Below the pieces are notes generated by a model. That model ran no database searches. It worked only from the letters and a program-made list of their open reading frames with translations, and was not told where the DNA came from. Made by a program: the position numbers and the translations under genes. From the NCBI GenBank assembly GCA_963675515.1, contig OY776328.1, positions 2,400,001-2,432,000 of the forward strand: DNA of 32,000 bases. The letters run 5' to 3'. This document shows, piece after piece, positions 26,267-32,000 of the stretch; position 1 is the stretch's first letter, and every line of letters starts with the position of its first letter. The DNA is from Coprobacillaceae bacterium (GTDB lineage Bacteria > Bacillota_I > Bacilli_A > Erysipelotrichales > Coprobacillaceae).

Positions 26267-26803
26267 ATGAAAATAATGATCATGTCCGATTCCCATTTTA
26301 TGGAGCAATCCAAAATCGAAAAAATCATGAAGTCGCAGCCAGTCGATTATTATATCCATTGCGGCGACATCCATTACAACTACCATGGCAACTCTCAAAA
26401 CAACTTCTACATCGTGCTTGGTAACAATGATTTCTACCCCGGCCACCAGGAACTGCTTGTAACGATCGACAACCTCGTCTTTTTCATCGTCCATGGCAAC
26501 CGCCATGATGTCAACTATACTCTTGATTATCTCATCGAGACCGCCCGCAACAAACATGCCGATGTTGTCTGTTTTGGCCATACCCATATAGCCTACTACG
26601 ATTACGTCGATGATCTCACCTTGATAAATCCGGGCTCATTGGCCTTGCCTCGAGGTCACTACCGCAAAGGAACCTTTTGCGTCTTCGACACGACCGACAA
26701 GTCGTGCACCTATTTCAACGCCGACGATCTGCAAGAATGCGATCCGTTTGGCTCCAGTTCGGGCCAGGGATTCATGAATTATTTCAAATCCGTATTCAAA
26801 TGA
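26267..26803 (+). CDS. metallophosphoesterase, YfcE/MJ0936 family
   Basis: MSDSH, CGD, GNND, VHGN and GHTH metal-ligand motifs in the canonical order, at a size of about 178 aa. Confidence 0.8.
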   Translation: MKIMIMSDSHFMEQSKIEKIMKSQPVDYYIHCGDIHYNYHGNSQNNFYIVLGNNDFYPGHQELLVTIDNLVFFIVHGNRHDVNYTLDYLIETARNKHADVVCFGHTHIAYYDYVDDLTLINPGSLALPRGHYRKGTFCVFDTTDKSCTYFNADDLQECDPFGSSSGQGFMNYFKSVFK

Positions 26804-26834
26804 AAAGGATGAGCGCCCAGGCTCATCCTTTTTT
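26803..26834. terminator. bidirectional Rho-independent terminator
   Basis: 12-bp stem AAAAGGATGAGC / GCTCATCCTTTT with loop gcccag and a T-run. It lies between convergent stops at 26801-26803 and 26836-26838. Confidence 0.7.
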
Positions 26835-26835
26835 G

Positions 26836-27969
26836 TCACACGATTTTTCCGCGGCAACAGACTGCCTCAATCGAGTAATCGTCTTTCAATACAACCAGGT
26901 CGCCATCATAGCCGGCCTGAATCTTACCCTTGAAGTCATCGATTTTGAGATATCGCGCCGGATTTATGGTGACCATGTTTATCGCGGTCGGGATCGGTAT
27001 CAGGGCCTTGTTGATAAGGTTGGAAAGGCCTTTGTTGAATTTGAGCGAACCGCCTGCCAGTGTCTGAGTCCCGACAATGTAACAAGAACCGTTATCGCGC
27101 ACTTCGACTTCATAGTCGCCCAGCTGGTACACTCCCGGGGCGCAGCCTTTGGCTGCAAGGGCATCATCAACCATTACGCAATTAAGATTGTTGCGGGCGG
27201 TTATCAGCGCCTTTAAAGCAGGCCAGGCGACATGATTGCCGTCGCCGATGATCTCGACGAAGATGTCATCAAGATTCATGGCAAGCCCGACCAGTGAGGG
27301 ATCGCGGTGATGAAGCGGATTCATCGCGTTGTAACAATGGGTTATTCCATTGGCACCGTTGGCGACGGCATGGCGGCCCTGTTCAAAATTGGCACTCGAA
27401 TGGCCCAGGGCCACCTGGATCTTGTTGCTGGCAAGATAGCGGGTAAGCTCCATGTTCTCATCGAGTTCCGGTGCCAGGGTGACGATCCGGATGTTGTTTT
27501 TGGCCGCATCATTGATCTGCTTGAACGTATCTATATCCGGTTTGAGGATGTGTTGGGGCGGCTGGGCCCCTTTTTTTTCGACATTGACATAAGGACCCTC
27601 GAGATGGATCCCCACCATCTGGGCTCCATAGGATTTTTCTTCGATGATCTTGGCGACTACCGCAACTGCGGTTTTTAGCTTCTCCACCGAATCAGTAACC
27701 GTTGTGGGACAAAATGAAGTGATCCCCTCTTGAAGCAGCGACTTGGACCAGGCGATCATTCCCGGTTCATCACCGTCATTGGTGTCCACCCCGATTCCGC
27801 CATGGCAGTGGACATCTATCATTCCAGGAATAATCATCATGTCACCGTAATCGTGGTCGACTCCAACGCTATTATAGGGAAGTATCCGTCTGATTTTTTC
27901 ATCAGCCATATCAATGATTCCCGGCATAAATGTACCCGCCAGGTAAATCCGTTTGCTTTGAATTTTCAT
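26836..27969 (-). CDS. nagA: N-acetylglucosamine-6-phosphate deacetylase
   Basis: Amidohydrolase motifs DVHCHGG, HLEGP, LGHS and HCYNAM. GGAGGA SD lies 6 nt before the ATG. Confidence 0.9.
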   Translation of the reverse strand: MKIQSKRIYLAGTFMPGIIDMADEKIRRILPYNSVGVDHDYGDMMIIPGMIDVHCHGGIGVDTNDGDEPGMIAWSKSLLQEGITSFCPTTVTDSVEKLKTAVAVVAKIIEEKSYGAQMVGIHLEGPYVNVEKKGAQPPQHILKPDIDTFKQINDAAKNNIRIVTLAPELDENMELTRYLASNKIQVALGHSSANFEQGRHAVANGANGITHCYNAMNPLHHRDPSLVGLAMNLDDIFVEIIGDGNHVAWPALKALITARNNLNCVMVDDALAAKGCAPGVYQLGDYEVEVRDNGSCYIVGTQTLAGGSLKFNKGLSNLINKALIPIPTAINMVTINPARYLKIDDFKGKIQAGYDGDLVVLKDDYSIEAVCCRGKIV

Positions 27970-28084
27970 GCTCTATCCTCCTGAGTAAATAATAGCACAA
28001 AACACCATATTATGAAATTATATTTTTAATATATGAAAATATATTATTTCCATTTTCCTAATTCCATTATAACGCAAATTATCC

Positions 28085-28116
28085 AAAAAACAAAAAAGAA
28101 TGGCTTAACCATTCTT
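28085..28116 (-). terminator. Rho-independent terminator after the uppP-orf134 pair
   Basis: Minus strand: AAGAATGG-uuaag-CCATTCTT then TTTTGTTTTTT. The stem includes the last codons and the stop of orf134. Confidence 0.6.
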
Positions 28117-28509
28117 AAGTGCGTTGCGGATATTGATTTCGATGTCATCGACATAGATAGCCAGCTTATTGAATGCCAGTTCGGCTTTGCCCAGGTAATC
28201 CAATGAATCGAAAAACGAGGTGAAATAGACTCTGGTTGATGTCTCATTCAATGACGCCAGTTGGATTGACAAGGTACCCTCCTGATGAAGTCCTTTGAAA
28301 TGGAAGACAACCATTAGATCATCGATCATGTTTGTCACCTGGATTGTGAATATTTCTTTGCCGTTTAGCTGGTAATGATAGAACTGGCCATCGATCACTT
28401 CCTGGGCGTCCCTGATGCTTGAGATTATTTGCCTGAAATTGCAGATTATCTTGTAAACCTCGCTCGGACTATGGTTCAAGATGTCAGCCTGCTTGATCAC
28501 CTGTTTCAT
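28105..28509 (-). CDS. hypothetical protein (134 aa; possibly an SRPBCC/START-like fold)
   Basis: Intact ORF starting 1 nt after the uppP stop. The alternating beta-like segments plus a long C-terminal helix suggest the fold only weakly. Confidence 0.55.
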   Translation of the reverse strand: MKQVIKQADILNHSPSEVYKIICNFRQIISSIRDAQEVIDGQFYHYQLNGKEIFTIQVTNMIDDLMVVFHFKGLHQEGTLSIQLASLNETSTRVYFTSFFDSLDYLGKAELAFNKLAIYVDDIEINIRNALKNG

Positions 28510-28510
28510 C

Positions 28511-29332
28511 TTACTTCACCAGGAAGAAATAAACGAGGACCAGCGCCCCTACCAGGATGCGGTAATAGCCAAAGACACTGAAGTCATGCTTCTTGATGTA
28601 GCCCATCAGGAATTTGATCGCAAAAATAGAGACAACAAAGGCAACGGCGCAGCCTACAACAAGCATCGCCGCTTCCCCAAAAGTGAATGCCAGCCCGAAT
28701 TTCACAATCTTGAGCAGTGACGCCCCGAACATTATCGGTATTGCCAGATAAAAAGTGAACTCGGCGGCGATTTCGCGTGATGTACCCAATAGAATCCCTC
28801 CAATTATGGTCGCTCCAGAACGGCTTGTCCCCGGAATCAGGGCAAGAATCTGGAAAATCCCGATCCCCAAAGCTGTTCTATAATCCATTTGCTTCAAATC
28901 AATGATCCTTACTTCTCTATTTTTATTATAATATTCAATCACGATAAAAGCAACACCATAAACCATCAGCATCAAGGCGACAACCAATGGATTGAAAAGT
29001 TTTTCCTCAATCATATCATCGAAGGCCAGGCCGATCACGGCAGCCGGCAGCGAAGCAACCAGGATTTTTGACCACAATCTCAGCTTGCTTGGAATCAGTT
29101 TGATTTTTCCCTCATGCCTGGTCACCGGCATCAGTTTGGAAAAATACAACACAACAACCGCCATGATCGCACCCAGCTGGATCACTACCAGGAACATCGA
29201 CAGGAAATCTTCAGTGACATTCAACTTGATAAACTCATCAACCAGGATCATATGACCGGTCGATGAAATCGGCAACCATTCGGTTATCCCTTCGACAATC
29301 CCTAGAAACACTACCTTCAAAATTTCAAGCAT
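28511..29332 (-). CDS. uppP: undecaprenyl-diphosphate phosphatase (BacA/UppP)
   Basis: [15 protein letters not shown] and [10 protein letters not shown] motifs; polytopic membrane protein. I prefer the ATG at 29332 over the adjacent TTG at 29335. Confidence 0.9.
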   Translation of the reverse strand: MLEILKVVFLGIVEGITEWLPISSTGHMILVDEFIKLNVTEDFLSMFLVVIQLGAIMAVVVLYFSKLMPVTRHEGKIKLIPSKLRLWSKILVASLPAAVIGLAFDDMIEEKLFNPLVVALMLMVYGVAFIVIEYYNKNREVRIIDLKQMDYRTALGIGIFQILALIPGTSRSGATIIGGILLGTSREIAAEFTFYLAIPIMFGASLLKIVKFGLAFTFGEAAMLVVGCAVAFVVSIFAIKFLMGYIKKHDFSVFGYYRILVGALVLVYFFLVK

Positions 29333-29348
29333 CAAATTTTCCCCCTAG

Positions 29349-29372
29349 AAAAAAAAGCACTATAAAAGTGCC
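29349..29372 (-). terminator. weak terminator after rplT (probably leaky)
   Basis: Minus strand: GGCACU-uuuau-AGUGCU (6 bp including one G-U pair) followed by a run of T. Confidence 0.4.
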
Positions 29373-29375
29373 AGA

Positions 29376-29735
29376 TTATTTATTTAATTGAGCTTTTGCT
29401 TGGTCTACAATAGCAGTGAATCCTTTTGGATCCGCGATTGCGATTTCAGAAAGCATTTTACGGTTGATTTCAACACCAGCCAACTTCAATCCAAACATCA
29501 ATTTTGAATATGAGATTTCGTTCATTCTAGCTGCAGCGTTAATACGAGCAATCCATAATTTTCTCATATCACGTTTAACTTGACGACGGTCACGGTATGC
29601 ATATGCATATGAATGCATTACTTGCTCATGAGCCGTTTTGTATAATTTATGTTTCGCTCCAAAATATCCTTTAGCTAACTTTAAAACTTTTTTTCTTCTG
29701 CGTCTAGCAGTGTATCCACCTTTTACTCTTGCCAT
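29376..29735 (-). CDS. rplT: 50S ribosomal protein L20
   Basis: [24 protein letters not shown]... is the canonical L20 sequence. Confidence 0.95.
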   Translation of the reverse strand: MARVKGGYTARRRRKKVLKLAKGYFGAKHKLYKTAHEQVMHSYAYAYRDRRQVKRDMRKLWIARINAAARMNEISYSKLMFGLKLAGVEINRKMLSEIAIADPKGFTAIVDQAKAQLNK

Positions 29736-29750
29736 TTAAGTTTCCTCCTA

Positions 29751-29945
29751 TTATTTTGAAAGTCTAGTTTTAATTCTCTTGTAATCTGATTTGCTTACCA
29801 ATCCTGATTTAGCAAGATGTTTCTTTTGCTTATGAGATTTGTTGTGAGCTAAGTGAGAAGTATAAGCGTGAGATCTTTTCAATTTACCTGATCCAGTAAT
29901 TTTAATACGTTTTTTTAATCCACTGTGAGATTTCATTTTTGGCAT
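29751..29945 (-). CDS. rpmI: 50S ribosomal protein L35
   Basis: [24 protein letters not shown]... is the canonical L35 sequence. Confidence 0.95.
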   Translation of the reverse strand: MPKMKSHSGLKKRIKITGSGKLKRSHAYTSHLAHNKSHKQKKHLAKSGLVSKSDYKRIKTRLSK

Positions 29946-29963
29946 AACTATATCCTCCTAAAA

Positions 29964-30503
29964 TTATTTTTTCTTTGGTGCAATGATTGCAGTCAATGTT
30001 CTTCCTTCAAGTTTGGCTGGTGATTCAACCACTCCGAATTCCGCGCATTCAGCCACAAAATCATCAATGACTTTTTTTCCTAAGTCCATATGAGCCATTT
30101 GACGACCTCTGAACCTGATTGCAATTTTAACCTTGTTACCTTCTTCAAGCCAAGCCAATGTTCTTTTCAGTTTGACATTCTTGTCGTGAGTGTCGATTGT
30201 CACTGACAGCTGAGTTTCTTTAAGGGTAACGGTTTTCGAGTTTTTCTTCATTTCTCGAGCCTTTTTTTGTTGCTCAAAACGATATTTTCCAAAGTCCATA
30301 ATCCGGCATACTGGCGGTTTGGCATTCGGTGCGACACAAACCAAATCTAAATCACGGCTATATGCTAGTTCGATAGCCTCATTTTTCGATTTAACTCCAA
30401 GTTGATCTCCATTTTGATCAATAACCAAGACTTCTCTGAAACGAATCTTCTCATTTACTAACTCATCAGGTTGTTTTGGTTTTTTGGTATCATATTTTCT
30501 AAT
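29964..30503 (-). CDS. infC: translation initiation factor IF-3 (probable ATT start)
   Basis: IF3 N- and C-domains are present (INEKIRFREVLVIDQNGDQLGV...). GGAGGTG (30516-30510) is followed after 6 nt by ATT (30503-30501). The in-frame ATG at 30518 lies inside the SD, and the track GTG at 30611 adds a non-IF3 extension. Confidence 0.85.
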   Translation of the reverse strand: MRKYDTKKPKQPDELVNEKIRFREVLVIDQNGDQLGVKSKNEAIELAYSRDLDLVCVAPNAKPPVCRIMDFGKYRFEQQKKAREMKKNSKTVTLKETQLSVTIDTHDKNVKLKRTLAWLEEGNKVKIAIRFRGRQMAHMDLGKKVIDDFVAECAEFGVVESPAKLEGRTLTAIIAPKKK

Positions 30504-30657
30504 AAAAGTCACCTCCATAGTAGTATAAAATAAAAAGCGAGTACAGATTGCACCCGCTATAATCTCATCAAGAATAAATTCTTTGTGACATTTGCCTAGC
30601 GATAAGTTCACTCAGGCGAGAAGCAGGCACTTCTTCTTTCCACTACTTTTTATTTAC
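30504..30657 (-). promoter_or_regulatory. infC operon 5' leader (candidate L20-responsive ribosomal-protein leader)
   Basis: A leader of roughly 150 nt lies between a strong promoter and the infC SD. It contains several hairpins and ends in an intrinsic terminator. The context matches the Firmicute L20 leader upstream of infC-rpmI-rplT; homology was not verified. Confidence 0.5.
30527..30558 (-). terminator. leader attenuator (intrinsic terminator upstream of the infC SD)
   Basis: Minus strand: AGCGGGUGCA-auc-UGUACUCGCU (10 bp, two G-U pairs) followed by UUUUUAUUUUA, immediately before the GGAGGTG SD. Confidence 0.6.
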
Positions 30658-30663
30658 TTTCAC

Positions 30664-30692
30664 ACTATAACAATTATATTGTCGCTTGTCAA
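30664..30692 (-). promoter_or_regulatory. infC-rpmI-rplT operon promoter
   Basis: Minus strand: TTGACA (30692-30687), 17-nt spacer ending in TGT, TATAGT (30669-30664). Confidence 0.6.
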
Positions 30693-30961
30693 ACACTTTT
30701 TGATTTTTTATTTTAACGTATCTCCAAAATGATAGCAACAAATTCCGACTACATCAGCAGTTCAAATCAATAATTATGTAGGAATGATTTTCACAGTAAT
30801 CAATTAGTCCCATTACGACTCAAAGAGCAATACAGCAAACAGCTGGATCTCCTGAGTTTGACACCTGGACATACATAATCTTACATAATTTTAGTCGTTT
30901 TCCCTTGATGGAATGCGTCTTTTTTATTACCAAAAAATGTCAACACTTTGTGCTTTATGTG

Positions 30962-32000
30962 TTGTGTAATGTTCTGTAACGTGGTATAATTAGCTAGAGG
31001 GGCTGATTTCGATGTTTTTAAAGAAAGCAAAGTATAAAAATGGTCGGGTTTATTTATCGATTGTTGAAGGTTTCCGAGCTGATGGCAAGGTCAAACAACG
31101 GACTATCCAAAAATTGGGGTTCCTTGACGAGCTATCAGGTCAATACGATGACCCTATCGCTCACTTCACTCAAGTGGCCCAGGATATGACCGAGAGAGTC
31201 AATTCCGAAGCTGTAACAACTATCGAGATTAATTCAGCCGATACCATCGATGATGGCAACAACCTTTATAACGTGGGTTATGGTATTCTCAAATCAATTT
31301 ACAGCGATACGAAATTAACCGATTTCTTCAAAACCAAGAACAGAAAGCACAATGTGGAATATAACTTCAATAAAATATTCCAGCTGTTGGTATATTCTCG
31401 AATCCTATACCCGTCTTCCAAACGGGAGACATTTGAAAACAGGACTTCCTTTTTCGAATCGTTTGACAACTTCTCATTAAAGGACATGTACAAATCCCTT
31501 GATTTCTACAGCAAGTTCAAGGAAGAAATTGAAGCATGGCTCTGGCATAACACTAGGGACAGTTACAAGCGAGATGCCTCACAGGCCTTCTATGACTGCA
31601 CCAATTACTATTTCGAGATCGCATTCAATGACGAAGACCTGATTGACGAAGAAGGGAACATCATCGAAAAGGGCTATCGAAAAAGAGGTCCTGAAAAAAA
31701 CAAAAGGCCCGATCCGATTATCGAGATGGGGCTGTTGATGGATTCAAATGGTATTCCGCTAGCGTATGACCTATTCCCAGGTAACGAATCAGAGAAGACC
31801 TCTTTAAGACCGATCGTAAAAAGAACCAAAGCACAATTCGGAATAAATCGCACAATTATCGTGGCTGACAGAGGGCTTAACACTTCCGACAACATCTATT
31901 TCCTAGCCGACAAAAATGACGATAAATCCAGGAATATGGACGGCTACGTTTATGGCCAGTCAATCAGGGGTGCCGATAAGGAATTCAAGAAGTGGGCACT
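30962..32000 (+). mobile_element. IS1634-family (IS4 superfamily) insertion sequence, 5' part; continues beyond the window
   Basis: Contains the transposase ORF plus its putative promoter: TTGTGT (30962-30967), 17 nt, TATAAT (30985-30990). The true left terminal repeat could not be located and may lie further left, anywhere after about 30700. Confidence 0.6.
31012..32000 (+). CDS. IS1634-family DDE transposase (N-terminal ~329 codons, open at the window end)
   Basis: My own translation is open from the ATG at 31012 to the window end (absent from the ORF track because it has no stop). It reads MFLKKAKYKNGRVYLSIVEGFRADGKVKQRTIQKLGFLDEL..., then FYDCTNYYFE (first D) and IIVADRGLNT (second D), as is typical of IS1634/IS4 transposases. 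SD AGAGGGG lies upstream. Confidence 0.85.
   Translation, partial: MFLKKAKYKNGRVYLSIVEGFRADGKVKQRTIQKLGFLDELSGQYDDPIAHFTQVAQDMTERVNSEAVTTIEINSADTIDDGNNLYNVGYGILKSIYSDTKLTDFFKTKNRKHNVEYNFNKIFQLLVYSRILYPSSKRETFENRTSFFESFDNFSLKDMYKSLDFYSKFKEEIEAWLWHNTRDSYKRDASQAFYDCTNYYFEIAFNDEDLIDEEGNIIEKGYRKRGPEKNKRPDPIIEMGLLMDSNGIPLAYDLFPGNESEKTSLRPIVKRTKAQFGINRTIIVADRGLNTSDNIYFLADKNDDKSRNMDGYVYGQSIRGADKEFKKWA

Noticed and set aside
30721-30960. Possible tRNA or small RNA (GTTCAAATC T-loop-like string near 30760) or a gene remnant in the unassigned interval upstream of infC
   Set aside because: The flanking bases do not form a T-arm or an acceptor stem. No frame is open for more than about 20 codons.
31299-31895. 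Two minus-strand ORFs (31299-31493 and 31674-31895) listed in the ORF track
   Set aside because: They are antisense to the open-ended IS1634-family transposase frame (31012 onward). That frame has clear DDE-transposase motifs, and the track omitted it only because it lacks a stop inside the window.

Overview
The window looks like a core chromosomal region of a low-GC Gram-positive bacterium (Bacillota). Lineage is only an inference: CIRCE-controlled clpB and an IS1634-type element suggest something related to Erysipelotrichia/Mollicutes. Almost everything is tightly packed housekeeping genes, mostly on the minus strand. (1) A PRD-only regulator lies at the left edge. (2) A four-gene, translationally coupled operon runs rsmE, a 253-aa orphan, mtaB, then a divergent MurE-like ligase. 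(3) clpB sits behind a near-consensus promoter flanked by two CIRCE operators, divergent from a class II (B12) ribonucleotide reductase carrying an ATP-cone. (4) A nine-gene block, gmk-priA-rsmB-rlmN-prpC-prkC-rsgA-rpe-thiN, matches the B. subtilis ylo region but is condensed. (5) Next come rqcH-pgeF, nnr, a secreted Ig-repeat NlpC/P60 hydrolase, a YfcE-type phosphoesterase, nagA, and uppP with a small orphan. (6) The infC-rpmI-rplT operon has an ATT start and a leader attenuator. (7) A 5'-partial IS1634-family transposase runs off the right edge. I found no rRNA, tRNA, CRISPR array, prophage or recognisable defence/toxin system, and no convincing novel multi-gene system. The best novelty candidates are the motif-divergent MurE-like gene, the orphan ORF in the RNA-modification operon, the dual-CIRCE clpB control region and the CAT-less PRD protein. 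Many ORF-track starts are 5'-extended; I re-set them using Shine-Dalgarno spacing. The long antisense ORFs are treated as artefacts.
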